A DNA stretch of 64,000 nucleotides, taken from the NCBI GenBank assembly GCA_965216785.1, contig OZ244197.1, forward strand, positions 1,440,001 to 1,504,000. The letters run 5' to 3'. The translations under genes and the position numbers were made by a program. Of the stretch, positions 48,708 through 59,433 are shown in pieces. This DNA comes from Thermodesulfobacteriota bacterium. GTDB taxonomy: Bacteria; Desulfobacterota_D; UBA1144; Nemesobacterales; UBA2774. Each line of letters starts with the position of its first letter. Position 1 is the stretch's first letter. Under the pieces are notes generated by a model, which saw nothing but the letters and a program-made list of their open reading frames with translations, had not been told where the DNA came from and did no database searches.

Positions 48708-49433
48708 ATGTCTGAAAAAACCAGCGCTTGGGAGATAGAAGAGAATGCAAGGGAGTTCCTCGAGTTCGAGCGGAGTGCGATTCCGTCCGCGGACCTGCAG
48801 TTTAAAATCATCGGTAAGATTGTACAGGAGTGGTGCAGTAGTCCCTCCACTATACTCGATCTTGGCTGCGGCGACGGGGTTTTGGGACGGTTTTTGCTGA
48901 GCGTATTCCCTGGTGCATTAGGGGTTTTCGTCGATTTCTCAGACGCCATGCTCGATGCCGCGCGTGAAAATCTCGCCGGCACTTCCGGAACACAAGTATT
49001 GAAAGCGGATTTCTCTTCACCTGATTGGATCGATTCTGTTTCAGCGCATAAACCCTACGACATAGTAATTTCAGGATTCGCTATTCACCACCAGCCGGAT
49101 GAGAGGAAAAAGGAGATTTGCTCTGAGATCTACAGCATTCTGTCTCCGGGCGGTATATTCCTCAATCTAGAGCACGTGAGGTCTCGTACTCCAGAGGTTG
49201 AGCAGCTGTTTGAGGAATACTATATAGACCACCTGCATGATCATCACTCGGCTGCAGGCTCAGGAACTACTAGGGATGATATAGCTAATGGCTACCAAAA
49301 CCGCCCTGATAAAGATGAAGACAAGCTAGCGGATGTCCACGATCAATGCGGCTGGCTCACAGAGATCGGGTTTCGTGACGTAGACTGCTTCTTCAAGCTT
49401 TTTGAAATTGCCCTTTTCGGGGGGAGGAAATAG
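48708..49433 (+). CDS. Class I SAM-dependent methyltransferase
   Basis: ILDLGCGDG, VDFSDAML, SGFAIHH. Confidence 0.88.
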   Translation: MSEKTSAWEIEENAREFLEFERSAIPSADLQFKIIGKIVQEWCSSPSTILDLGCGDGVLGRFLLSVFPGALGVFVDFSDAMLDAARENLAGTSGTQVLKADFSSPDWIDSVSAHKPYDIVISGFAIHHQPDERKKEICSEIYSILSPGGIFLNLEHVRSRTPEVEQLFEEYYIDHLHDHHSAAGSGTTRDDIANGYQNRPDKDEDKLADVHDQCGWLTEIGFRDVDCFFKLFEIALFGGRK

Positions 49434-49444
49434 CAGGAGCGGTA

Positions 49445-50323
49445 TTACTCTTTTTTAAACTTTTCTGTATTCACAATATAAAGGCCAATAAACACTACAA
49501 CCATCCCAAGTATCTGTTTGTATGATATCTCCTCATTTAGTAACAATGCACCGCCAATTACTCCGAAAACGGGAATTAAGTAGAACATTGTTGAGGTGAA
49601 ATAAGCCCCTGCCTTTTGAATAAGATAGTAGTAGATAAAGTAACCTCCCGCGGAAACAAGCGCGCCCAGATAGAACTCTGAAAGTAAGTCTATATCACTT
49701 ATGCGGCTTACGATCGGTCTTTCAGTCGCTACAGCTATCAGCCACAAAAGCACAGAGCTTATGCCAAGAACGTATGTAGTGGTTACCACAACATCGATTC
49801 CCTTGGCTTTTCTCTCCATTATTATCGCGTTTAGAGCAAAGGAAAAGAATGATCCTGTGAGAAGGATAATACCAAGCGCTGTTGATTCCCCTCCCAGTAC
49901 CTTTTTATATCCTACAGTGAAGAATAGCCCGACAAGCGCTATCAATAAGCCCACAAATCCCAGGAGCTCAAACTTTTCGGTCCTGAGTATAAAAAGAAGA
50001 ATCGCGTAGGTGAAAAGAGGTATGGAGGCGTCCATAATGGATCCGATGGATGCGGAAGTATATTCAAGACCCTCAGCCAATAAAATCCAGCACACAACGA
50101 TGCCCAAAAGACTAAAGAGCATAAACATCCAAAAGTGTTTTAGATTTCCCCGGATGTCCCTTTTCTGAGCAATACTGACTGCGAGCAGGATTATAAAACC
50201 GATTGAGCATCTACATGCCATCACAGTTATAGCTTTAAAATCATACTCCGCTATTTTCAACACAGCGAATGCAATTCCCCATATCATGGAAACCAGTAGG
50301 AGAAGCAATACATTTTTGAGCAT
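49445..50323 (-). CDS. DMT/EamA family transporter
   Basis: About 10 TM segments; IWG, YLIPVFGV, LLNEEI. Confidence 0.88.
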   Translation of the reverse strand: MLKNVLLLLLVSMIWGIAFAVLKIAEYDFKAITVMACRCSIGFIILLAVSIAQKRDIRGNLKHFWMFMLFSLLGIVVCWILLAEGLEYTSASIGSIMDASIPLFTYAILLFILRTEKFELLGFVGLLIALVGLFFTVGYKKVLGGESTALGIILLTGSFFSFALNAIIMERKAKGIDVVVTTTYVLGISSVLLWLIAVATERPIVSRISDIDLLSEFYLGALVSAGGYFIYYYLIQKAGAYFTSTMFYLIPVFGVIGGALLLNEEISYKQILGMVVVFIGLYIVNTEKFKKE

Positions 50324-50484
50324 GAATTCCAGATTCCTCTCGAGAATAGAATGACTTCCCGCTTACCGTTCTATCATCAATATACTCAGATTATATAAAA
50401 ACATGTACAGAGGAGCATAGACCTCTCCCAATAGCTATTGTATATAGAAGGAACCGAATATATACGTTCTTGGAATATCAACCT

Positions 50485-52455
50485 CTATGGGGTTACGATA
50501 TTAAACCAGAACGGGAACGTGTCGATCGTTGCCAGAAAGTTCTGCCAGGCTTCCTTATTGCCCTCTACGCTTGCCTCACCCGACTCTACCTTCTCTGTGA
50601 ATTTTGCTCTTCCGAGGTTTATTTCATCGAGCGCAGCCCGCGTAATCTTGACTGAAGCGTCCGCGTTCTCCTCTTGTTTGCCGATTGTATAGTTCAGCAC
50701 TCCGTTATCCAGATAAAGTGCTGCTTTTTCATTAATATCCGGAAACTCGACGTTGAACACGTATTCCAATTCAGCAGCCTTGGGGCCGTTTAAGCGGACA
50801 CCCAGAAAATCAAAATAAAGCTCAAGGGATAGATTTTTTATTATATCCGGGCTCGCCGTGTCCGGAGTCGGCAGTTCCTTTACCCCCTCTCGAAGTTCTT
50901 TTGCACCAGACAGATAGAAATTACGCCACGGCCCCGATTCTGCCTGGTAACCCATTTGATCATAGGCTAAAGCTAATAGATTGCGTGCTTCTTGATTGTT
51001 GGGCTCTGCAAAAACCAAATGGTTTAACACCATACCGACCCAGCGGTACTCACCTTTATCATATGATTCTTTTGCTTTTTTTAATACCGCGTCCGAGCCG
51101 CCCATAAACTCGACGTACTTTTTGGCGGCCTCAGCGGGAGGCAGGGCGTGTAAATTTGCGGGGTTTCCGTCAAACCAGCCGAAATAGAGCTGGTACTGCG
51201 CTTTCACGTCGTGGTTCACCGTTCCGTAATACCCCCGGTTTGCGAATGTATTTGACAGCTCATCCGGAAGCTCGATCATCTCGGCTATCTCAATCATTGT
51301 GTAGCCTTTATTTGCCAGATTAAGCGTCTGATCGTGGATGTATTTGTAAAGGTCCCTCTGCTTTTTCCAGAAATCCACCACTTCCTCGTTTCCCCAGGTA
51401 GGCCAGTGATGGCTTCCGAACGATACCTCCACCTCATCGCCGTGATTCTCAATAGCCTCGTTAATGTACTTACTCCAAAGGAGCCCGTTACGTACCTGTG
51501 CGCCCCTGAGTGTATATAGGTTGTGCAGCGTGTGGTTTATTTCCTCAGCCTGCATGAACGCCTTGAACTGCGGGAAATAGAACATCATCTCTGACGGCGC
51601 CTCGGCCCCGGGCGTCATCTGATAAATGATATCAACCCCGTCGATGCTCATCTGCTGGCCGGTTTTGTCTATAATGTCGGATGGGTTAATAAGACCGATC
51701 TCGCCAGTTGATGTTGTCTGGCCGAGACCTCCGCCCACGTTCCCCGTTTCATCTTTGTTAAGCAGGTTCCCGTACATATAGCTTGCGCGGCGGCTCATGG
51801 TGTTGCCCGCTATTACGTTCTCGCTCACCGAATGATCGACAAAATCCTCGGGAGCGACAATCTTCACTTTCCCCGATTTTACGTCTTCTTCATCTACTAC
51901 GCCTCTGATGCCGCCAAAGTGGTCCACGTGGCTGTGCGTATGGATCACGGCTACCACGGGCCGCTCTCCGAGATTCTTATTGACGAGATCAAGGGCTGCT
52001 TTAGCTGTAGGCGCAGAAGTTAGCGGATCAATAATAATCCAGCCCGTGTCGCCTTTTATGATTGACATATTTGCCAGGTCAAAGCCTCTTATTTGATAAA
52101 TCCCGTCTACGACTTCGAAAAGCCCGTTAATGCTGTTGAGCTCGCTTTGACGCCAGAGGCTCGGGTTTACAGTGTCGGGAGACTCCCCTTTAATAAAGTC
52201 ATACTGCTTCATGCTGTAGACAATGTTACCGTCTTCGTCTTTTATCACTCCCTCGTCTATAGTCGCGATAAACCCTTTTTTTGCGTTCTCAAAATCCTGT
52301 TTATTCTCAAAAGGAAGCTCTTTAAGGACCTTGGTATTTTCAGCTTTAGTTTCTTCAGTTGCCGGTCCAGGTTCAGCTAAAACTGTTGTATGAAGTACTG
52401 CAAAGACAAGGAACATACAAGTTAGAGCAAACTGTAAAGTTATTCTGTAAGTCAT
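50485..52455 (-). CDS. Alkyl/aryl sulfatase of the SdsA/BDS1 type (MBL fold, SCP2 C-terminus)
   Basis: Signal peptide; VNPSLWRQ, IRGFDLAN, THSHVDHFGG, HNLYTLRG, HHWP, RGYYGT, WFNIVTP. Confidence 0.93.
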   Translation of the reverse strand: MTYRITLQFALTCMFLVFAVLHTTVLAEPGPATEETKAENTKVLKELPFENKQDFENAKKGFIATIDEGVIKDEDGNIVYSMKQYDFIKGESPDTVNPSLWRQSELNSINGLFEVVDGIYQIRGFDLANMSIIKGDTGWIIIDPLTSAPTAKAALDLVNKNLGERPVVAVIHTHSHVDHFGGIRGVVDEEDVKSGKVKIVAPEDFVDHSVSENVIAGNTMSRRASYMYGNLLNKDETGNVGGGLGQTTSTGEIGLINPSDIIDKTGQQMSIDGVDIIYQMTPGAEAPSEMMFYFPQFKAFMQAEEINHTLHNLYTLRGAQVRNGLLWSKYINEAIENHGDEVEVSFGSHHWPTWGNEEVVDFWKKQRDLYKYIHDQTLNLANKGYTMIEIAEMIELPDELSNTFANRGYYGTVNHDVKAQYQLYFGWFDGNPANLHALPPAEAAKKYVEFMGGSDAVLKKAKESYDKGEYRWVGMVLNHLVFAEPNNQEARNLLALAYDQMGYQAESGPWRNFYLSGAKELREGVKELPTPDTASPDIIKNLSLELYFDFLGVRLNGPKAAELEYVFNVEFPDINEKAALYLDNGVLNYTIGKQEENADASVKITRAALDEINLGRAKFTEKVESGEASVEGNKEAWQNFLATIDTFPFWFNIVTP

Positions 52456-52678
52456 ATTATAATCCTCCTGATTGTGCTTAGTATTGTCTGCCGTTTTTTA
52501 GCGTAGCATGTTTCTAATAGACTACAAATAAAAAGTTCTGACTGATCAACCAGCCTGTCTGGGAGGTGTCAACGCCGGTCCCGCAACACAAGCTTTCCCG
52601 GGTCTTGTGGGTTATTAGCTCAGAGTGCGCTTAGGATTACACTTAGTGCACTTGCGTCAAAGGAGAGGTATTTAATTT

Positions 52679-54736
52679 TTACGGCGCGACAGGCGGTCCG
52701 ATTAATGGCGCCTTCACCGGACTTGCGGCTCCAATGAACACTACCATCGAGTCTCCGCCAGGATTGTCGGATGCGGCGAGTAACTCGAAGTTGTTAGTAG
52801 CCCATACGTTTCCGGACGGGTCGATCTGAACAGACGTGCTCCGTTTTAGGCCGTTGAATAAATAACCCAGGGGAGCTATCGGATCCCCTGTCTCTAAACC
52901 CGGCGGGCAGTTGCTCATGTCTTCCCCGCAAAAATATGAAATAGTCTGTCCGTCAAAGTTCGACACCCACACGTTACTCGCGCCGTCGACCGAAATACCC
53001 CAAGGCAACAGCAGCCCGCCGCCCTTGAACGACCCGATCTCGGTTCCCTCTGAATTTACCTTAATTAAAGACGCATCCGGGTTCATGAAGTCCGGGTCTA
53101 AGGTAAGTGCTATGAAAGCTTTCAATTCAGGTACTGAATTACCATCGCACGGGGCGGTCACAAAGCCTGAGTTCGCCACCCATGCGTTTCCGAACATGTC
53201 GGTAGCGACACCCATCGGCAGCTTGAACCCGGCCTCGGCCGCCTCATCCCCCGAGACGTTAAATATAAGATTTCCGTCGGGGTCGAATTTCGCAACATTA
53301 AAGCTCTCATTCCCGGTTACCCACGCGTTTCCGCCGGGGTCTATGGCAACGTCGAAGGGCGCGACTACGATCTTTTCGTCATCACCAAAGGTATCTTGTA
53401 TTACGAACGCCTGGTCAGGGTCTCCTCCAGGAAATATTGTTACATGGTCAGCGCTGCAGCTGGCGATCCAGATGTTGCCGTCGAAATCTGAAACCGTTCC
53501 CTGAGGATAGAAGATTGTGTTGCCCGCCCCTTTGAACCCGCCGATATCGTTTCCAACTGTAGTAGGGGAAATAGGGGTGCCGTCGGGCGCGAACTTCGAT
53601 ACCGACTGAGCGCGGGCATCCGGATCAAGGGGGCATCCTTCACCCTGAAAAGCGAAGTTCCCTACCCATACGTTGCTGTCCGGATCAAGTGTTATGCCGT
53701 AACCTACGCCGTATGTGCCGCCGCCCTGATAGGGCGCGCCTGGGGCGTCCTCGCCCGTAGGCGTAAGCCTGAGCACGTGGTCGTCGCCGCAAGCTACATC
53801 CGATGGGTTGTCTCTAAACACAAAGTTATTGGTGATCCACGCGTTCCCGTCAGCGTCAAAAGCGGTATTACCCGGGCCGTTCATCTCCATGCCGTTCCCG
53901 ACGTACCTGATAGCGAGAAACCATGCCGTTATGTCTTCTGTGGAGTCGAGCGCGGGCCCGTAAATTTGTTCTTCGAGTGAAAAATCAAACAGTCCGTCCA
54001 CGTTCTGCCACGGGAATAGGGCTATATTGTGAGCCGCTTCAAGAGTATCTCCGGGCTCGTCTCCTCCGGGCGTCGTGGTAAGGTCAAAAAACTCGCCGCA
54101 CTTAATTCCGGAGCGTACGCACGCAGCCAGCATATTGGCCAGGGAATTAAAAGCGCCCCTCGTAGTAGTGCTGCCGCCGTTTGGAAATGTATTCAGGAAA
54201 AATGTAGTATCGCCCGAATCCAGATCGACTAGTCTGGTAAGAATATCCGCGGCGTTTTGAAGACCCGGCGAGGGACCGTCTATTTCACCCTCGTCTAAAA
54301 ACTGCGCCATCGCGTATGCAGTCGCCACTGTCGTCCTCTCATTAATCACAATTTCGTTCTCAATAGGCTTTCTTCCGAGTACAGTTGCTAGACGGACTTG
54401 GCTGCCTGTTTGAATTCTTGTTTGCTGGGATAGAGCCAATATAGGACTTTGAGCAGTCGCGTATATTACTGCGTTTTCATCTGAAGGAAGCTTAGTCCTG
54501 ATTCTGAAAAACCCTGTGTCGTCGGTTAGGCCGGTTCCCAATAACACTACTCCCCTTGGCGTTCCTGTCGAGAACAAAGTAACTTCAGCTGACTCTATCG
54601 GTTCGTCACCGCTCAAAACAAAACCTGTTATGGTTGATTTATTGTCAGAATCGCATGAGGCTAAGTAGAATCCGAAAGCCAGCATTACTAACAATAAGGT
54701 AAAGCGCGGAATGAATCTATGAGTAGAATTAATCAT
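52679..54736 (-). CDS. NHL-repeat (beta-propeller) lipoprotein
   Basis: Lipobox LASC; repeated (A/I)xDxxGN(A/V/I)W(V/I) units. Confidence 0.8.
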   Translation of the reverse strand: MINSTHRFIPRFTLLLVMLAFGFYLASCDSDNKSTITGFVLSGDEPIESAEVTLFSTGTPRGVVLLGTGLTDDTGFFRIRTKLPSDENAVIYATAQSPILALSQQTRIQTGSQVRLATVLGRKPIENEIVINERTTVATAYAMAQFLDEGEIDGPSPGLQNAADILTRLVDLDSGDTTFFLNTFPNGGSTTTRGAFNSLANMLAACVRSGIKCGEFFDLTTTPGGDEPGDTLEAAHNIALFPWQNVDGLFDFSLEEQIYGPALDSTEDITAWFLAIRYVGNGMEMNGPGNTAFDADGNAWITNNFVFRDNPSDVACGDDHVLRLTPTGEDAPGAPYQGGGTYGVGYGITLDPDSNVWVGNFAFQGEGCPLDPDARAQSVSKFAPDGTPISPTTVGNDIGGFKGAGNTIFYPQGTVSDFDGNIWIASCSADHVTIFPGGDPDQAFVIQDTFGDDEKIVVAPFDVAIDPGGNAWVTGNESFNVAKFDPDGNLIFNVSGDEAAEAGFKLPMGVATDMFGNAWVANSGFVTAPCDGNSVPELKAFIALTLDPDFMNPDASLIKVNSEGTEIGSFKGGGLLLPWGISVDGASNVWVSNFDGQTISYFCGEDMSNCPPGLETGDPIAPLGYLFNGLKRSTSVQIDPSGNVWATNNFELLAASDNPGGDSMVVFIGAASPVKAPLIGPPVAP

Positions 54737-54902
54737 GAATCCCCCTTCTTTTGCTGAGTTTGAGTGAAATAAAGTTGCCCTAATCTCTATAAAATAAGTC
54801 TAAATACGAAGCGTGCAGAGATCAACTCCTAGTTTGCAATTAGCTCCGGTCACCCACAAATTTAATGAGCAAGCTTCAGTCTCCCATCATATAAAGATAT
54901 AT

Positions 54903-55223
54903 CTAGGAAACGGATACAAGCTTCAATCCCACAACACCTGCTACAATTAAGAGGACGCAAAGAACTTTGAGCACGCTGCTTGGTTCACCTAGTAAGAACA
55001 TGCCAATCATAGCAGTCCCGAATGCTCCGATTCCTGTCCAAACTGCATATCCTGTGGATACCGGGATTGTCTTCAAAGAAAGTGAAAGAAAGTAAAAGCT
55101 AATTATCATACCGATAATAGTTAATATGCTCGGGATGAGTTTAGTCCAACCCTCTGTATATTTTAAGCCTAGTGCCCAACCTATCTCTGTAAGACCTGCT
55201 ATGAGTAAGTATATCCAAGCCAT
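54903..55223 (-). CDS. sugE: SMR exporter, Gdx/SugE subtype
   Basis: MAWIYLLIAGLTEIGWALGLK (Glu13, Trp16), YAVWTGIG. Confidence 0.88.
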   Translation of the reverse strand: MAWIYLLIAGLTEIGWALGLKYTEGWTKLIPSILTIIGMIISFYFLSLSLKTIPVSTGYAVWTGIGAFGTAMIGMFLLGEPSSVLKVLCVLLIVAGVVGLKLVSVS

Positions 55224-55359
55224 CTTAATCCCTCCTTTGGATTGTAATTTAGTCAGCTGAACTTGACTGAGAAATTATTATATATTAGCGTAAAAACTAA
55301 AGGATATTAAACACAATTATCAGTCTAATGGAAGCTAAACTTTGCGTTAATAATTCAAC

Positions 55360-56553
55360 ATGACAATGAGGTCTTATTCAAAAAGTTTTCTACATACCCT
55401 TTATTTATTATTGTTATTAACATTTTCTATAGGATGTTCTCCTAATAACGACCGCATACCTGTACCCGAATCAAAGATAAACATGGCTCAAATACCATCC
55501 ATACCACACGCTCGATTCTGGGGTGATAAACCGCTTCCGGAAGAGCATATTCTGGCTGATTCGCCCGAGGAAATTGAGGCTTTATACCCTGATCTGTTCA
55601 ATAAGTCGCACGAGTACTTGACGATATCAGGCGGAGGGCCTAACGGCGCTTTTGGCGCTGGTTTAATTGTTGGGTGGACTGCTTCCGGCAATAGGCCCGA
55701 ATTTGAAATTGTTACAGGTGTGAGCACGGGTGCTCTAATCGCACCACTTGCCTTCCTAGGGTCCTCGTATGACGAGATGTTACGTGAAATTTATACAACA
55801 ATTTCCCAAAAAGATATCTCAAAAAAGAGGGGTTTAACCGCACTAATTTTTGGTGACTCAATGGCAAGTTCGAAGCCATTGAAAAAATTGATCAGGAAAT
55901 ATATAAATCGTACTGTGCTCGAGGAGCTTTCAGCCCAATATAGCAAAGGCAGACGTCTATATATTGTCACGACGAACCTAGATGCAGAGAGACCGGTAAT
56001 TTGGGATGTTACTGCTATAGCTGCCAGTAATTCCCCAAAGGCGTTAGATCTCATATGTGATGTGTTGTTAGCATCAGCTTCAGTTCCTGTTGTTATGCCT
56101 CCGGTCTATATAGAAGTAGAAGCTGACAGTAAGCGCTACTTTGAGCTGCATGTCGATGGAGGCGCTTCGGCTCAGGTATTTTTCTACCCAGCTTTTCTCG
56201 AATGGGGAGAAAAGATTCTTAAGGAACTGATCCTCAAAGGCAATCCAAAAATTTATGTAATCCTTAATTCCCGATTATTACCTACTTATGAAACAATTGA
56301 ATCTAGACTCATGCCGATAGCAGAACGCTCTATCCGATCTCTTATAAGAAATCAGGCACAATCAGAGTTATACCGTATCTACTACAACTCTAAGCGAGAC
56401 GGTATTGATTACAACCTTGCTTACATACCTGAAGATTTTAATGCTGGAGTCAAGGAGCAATTCGCACCAAAATATATGAAAAAGCTGTTCCAGCTTGGTT
56501 ATAGTATGGGAAGTTCGGGTTCTTTCTGGGAAAAACACCCACCGGGGTTTTAG
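55360..56553 (+). CDS. Patatin-like phospholipase, probable lipoprotein
   Basis: SIGC lipobox; SGGGPNGAFGAG, GVSTG, DGG. Confidence 0.9.
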   Translation: MTMRSYSKSFLHTLYLLLLLTFSIGCSPNNDRIPVPESKINMAQIPSIPHARFWGDKPLPEEHILADSPEEIEALYPDLFNKSHEYLTISGGGPNGAFGAGLIVGWTASGNRPEFEIVTGVSTGALIAPLAFLGSSYDEMLREIYTTISQKDISKKRGLTALIFGDSMASSKPLKKLIRKYINRTVLEELSAQYSKGRRLYIVTTNLDAERPVIWDVTAIAASNSPKALDLICDVLLASASVPVVMPPVYIEVEADSKRYFELHVDGGASAQVFFYPAFLEWGEKILKELILKGNPKIYVILNSRLLPTYETIESRLMPIAERSIRSLIRNQAQSELYRIYYNSKRDGIDYNLAYIPEDFNAGVKEQFAPKYMKKLFQLGYSMGSSGSFWEKHPPGF

Positions 56554-56751
56554 CTGAATAAATACTCATGACTTGGAGTACATATTACAAGACTAATCCA
56601 ATTGAATACGGATATAAAATTCCGTTATTATGAATACCATGCGTGTGTGATGTGCTAAAGGAAGCTGCCGAGGTTGTTTAAAACATTAAAGAGCGGTTTT
56701 AATAAAATAGACAGGCATCGTGTGGTTTCCCCGGTGCTATAGTTTTATATC

Positions 56752-57747
56752 TCACTCGGCTTGAATAGGAAATACTACGTTCCAGTCTTTTTTCATATCT
56801 ACAACTGTCCAGCCATTTGATTGCGCATTATCAAGAGCCTTATCGAGACGTCCTATATGTGAATCTTTATCATAAGCCCATTCCCTATCAGCATCCGTAT
56901 GATGAATGAGCGCCATCAGGCTCGGACCCTCACCCGCCTGAGTCCACTGCAGCATTTGCAAGTCGCCATCCGAGTTGCCGAAAGCGGCTATTGGTCTCCT
57001 GCCTATATGGCTGTTAATTCCAACCGGCTTTCCTTCCTTATCGTCAATAAAATCTATCTCAGCTTTTCTGACCAATACAGGCTCACCGCCGCGCATCTCA
57101 AACTCGGTTTTTATACTGCTCCCCACTACTTGCTCGGGCGGGATGCCATACACTTTTTCTGTCCACGGGCGCATGAACTCTATCCCTCCTCCCGAAACAA
57201 TGTAGGTCTTAAACCCGTTTGCGCGAAGGTACGTGAGAAGCTCGAGCATGGGCTGGTAAACAAGCTCAGTGTAAGGACGATCGAACCTAGGATGTTTAGC
57301 GGCGGCTAGCCACTTCGTCACTATTTCTGAAAACTCGGCCTTGGTCATACCCGAGTGCGTCGCCATAAGGAGCTTCATCAGCCCTTCATAACCACTTGCA
57401 GCGAGGGCTTCCTTGTCATTTTCAAGTACCGCCTTAAAAGGCTGCTCCTCTTTCCACTCAGGATGAGACGGGGCAAGCTCCATCACTCTGTCCTTAACAA
57501 AGGCGAGCTGAAAATATATAGGCTGCTCTGCCCAGAGCGTTCCGTCGTTATCAAATACTGCGATCCGCTCTTCGGGCTTTACGAAGGAGCCGCTCTTCGG
57601 ATCAGTTACTTTTTCAACAAAAGTTGTTATCGCCTTCTTGGCAGGGCCCTCGTTCCATGAGGGCAGTGGGTCTGTAGCATATGCTTCAACTGCCGGAATG
57701 AATGATACAAAAATAAATATATAGAGGAATATTCTCATTTTTCTCAC
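56752..57747 (-). CDS. Secreted HAD-family hydrolase
   Basis: DPLPSWN, FDNDGTLW, VSGGG, GNSDGD; start may be ATG 57738. Confidence 0.9.
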   Translation of the reverse strand: MRKMRIFLYIFIFVSFIPAVEAYATDPLPSWNEGPAKKAITTFVEKVTDPKSGSFVKPEERIAVFDNDGTLWAEQPIYFQLAFVKDRVMELAPSHPEWKEEQPFKAVLENDKEALAASGYEGLMKLLMATHSGMTKAEFSEIVTKWLAAAKHPRFDRPYTELVYQPMLELLTYLRANGFKTYIVSGGGIEFMRPWTEKVYGIPPEQVVGSSIKTEFEMRGGEPVLVRKAEIDFIDDKEGKPVGINSHIGRRPIAAFGNSDGDLQMLQWTQAGEGPSLMALIHHTDADREWAYDKDSHIGRLDKALDNAQSNGWTVVDMKKDWNVVFPIQAE

Positions 57748-57762
57748 CTGTCCGAAGACAAA

Positions 57763-57800
57763 GCGAACGGCTGTTGGTATATTAAGTAACAGCCATTCGC
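57763..57800 (-). terminator. Intra-operonic stem-loop (weak terminator or stabiliser)
   Basis: Minus strand gcgaatggctgtt-N12-aacagccgttcgc followed by tttgtctt. Confidence 0.5.
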
Positions 57801-57823
57801 CTCTGATTAGTTTGTCAATTCCT

Positions 57824-59392
57824 TTAAGGCGTTCCCGGGGCTTCCTGCAACTTCTCCATCACCTGATCAATGGAGAAGCTAGCGGCCTTCTGTCTCGGAG
57901 GGAACTCTTTTAAGGTTGCCAAGAACCTCCCCACGTACTCCTGAGCAGGGACCAGCAGGAATACATGGTCCATATACCAGTCGTAATATGTGTTTGAAGT
58001 AAGATTCGCCCTCTCATAGGGGTCTCGTCTTAGATTAAAAAGAAGAGGCAGACGAAGAGGTACGAACGGATCTGCCCAAACAGCCAATGTCCCCTGTGTG
58101 CGCTGCTCGGCAAAGATTAATTTCCAGTCCTTAAACCGAAGGGCGGTCAAGTCTCCATCGTCCGAGAAGTAAAAAATCTCTTCTCTAGGGCTAACATCAG
58201 ATTCACCCAGAAGAAGCGGCAGTGAGTTATAGCCGTCAAGGTGCACCTTATAGCTTCTCCCGTTGAGTTTCGTTCCTTTTAATAGCTGTTCTTTTATGTC
58301 CGGGTTACCCGCGACTGCGGCGAACGTCGGCAGCCAATCCATGTGATGCATAATTCCGTTTGAAACTGTGCCGGCTGGAATCTTTCCGGGCCACCTAACC
58401 GCTGCGGGCACACGCCACCCGCCTTCCCAGTTCGTGTTTTTTTCTCCGCGGAACGGGGTCATGGCGGCGTCAGGCCAGGAATTCATATGCGGGCCGTTGT
58501 CTGTGCTGTAAAACACAATTGTATTGTCCGCGATTCCGAGCTCGTCAATTAACTTTAAGAACTGCCCGACGTGCATATCATGCTCCACCATGCCGTCTGA
58601 ATATTCGTCCTGTCCCGAGATGCCTCTGAGCTCGGACTTTACATGTGTACGTAAATGCATGCGCGTGCCGTTCCACCAAACGAAAAACGGTTTCCCGTCT
58701 TTAACTGCCTGTTCGATAAACGCTAGAGCACGCTCTACGGTCTCGTCGTCAACCGTTTCCATTCTTTTTTTAGTTAATGGTCCGGTGTCTTCTATCTTGC
58801 CGCCTGCGTAGCTATGGATCACACCTCGCGGACCGTATTTTTTTCTAAATTCCGGATATTCTTTCTCATCTGGATAGTCGGGAAGCTCGGGTTCTTCTTC
58901 GGCGTTTAGGTGATAGAGATTGCCGTAGAATTCGTCAAAACCGTGATTGGTGGGAAGGTGCTCGTCTTTGTCCCCCAAATGATTTTTGCCGAACTGGCCT
59001 GTTACATAACCCTGCGCCTTAAGTACGCTCGCTATTGTGGGGTCTTCCTCCTGCATTCCGAGTTCAGCGCCCGGTAGGCCGACTTTGCTGAGCCCAGTGC
59101 GTATAACGCTCTGGCCTGTAATAAATGATGCCCTACCGGCAGTACAGCTCTGCTCGCCATAGTAGTCCGTAAAAATCATGCCTTCGGCCGCAATACGGTC
59201 TATGTTGGGCGTCCTGTAGCCCATAAGACCCCTGGAATTGTAGCTCACGTTGGTCATGCCGATATCATCTCCCCAGATGACCAAGATGTTTGGCTTATCA
59301 GAGTTCTTATTCTCCTGAGCCATAAGCTCCGGCTCAAGCGCGGTTAAAGAAATTGCAATTGATAATACAAATAACAATAATAATCTACTCAT
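57824..59392 (-). CDS. Formylglycine-dependent arylsulfatase
   Basis: KPNILVIWGDDIG, SCTAGRASFITG (CxAxR), GKNHLGD, TDNG, GEKNTNWEGG; start moved to ATG 59392 (AGGAGG SD). Confidence 0.94.
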   Translation of the reverse strand: MSRLLLLFVLSIAISLTALEPELMAQENKNSDKPNILVIWGDDIGMTNVSYNSRGLMGYRTPNIDRIAAEGMIFTDYYGEQSCTAGRASFITGQSVIRTGLSKVGLPGAELGMQEEDPTIASVLKAQGYVTGQFGKNHLGDKDEHLPTNHGFDEFYGNLYHLNAEEEPELPDYPDEKEYPEFRKKYGPRGVIHSYAGGKIEDTGPLTKKRMETVDDETVERALAFIEQAVKDGKPFFVWWNGTRMHLRTHVKSELRGISGQDEYSDGMVEHDMHVGQFLKLIDELGIADNTIVFYSTDNGPHMNSWPDAAMTPFRGEKNTNWEGGWRVPAAVRWPGKIPAGTVSNGIMHHMDWLPTFAAVAGNPDIKEQLLKGTKLNGRSYKVHLDGYNSLPLLLGESDVSPREEIFYFSDDGDLTALRFKDWKLIFAEQRTQGTLAVWADPFVPLRLPLLFNLRRDPYERANLTSNTYYDWYMDHVFLLVPAQEYVGRFLATLKEFPPRQKAASFSIDQVMEKLQEAPGTP

Positions 59393-59433
59393 GTAATTTC
59401 CTCCTATAACTTTTTTCTGCTTGCCATAAATTT

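Noticed and set aside
55224-55359. Guanidine riboswitch upstream of sugE/gdx
   Set aside because: Only one hairpin (agtca...tgact); no twin ACGR-loop hairpins (class II) and no recognisable class I or III consensus.
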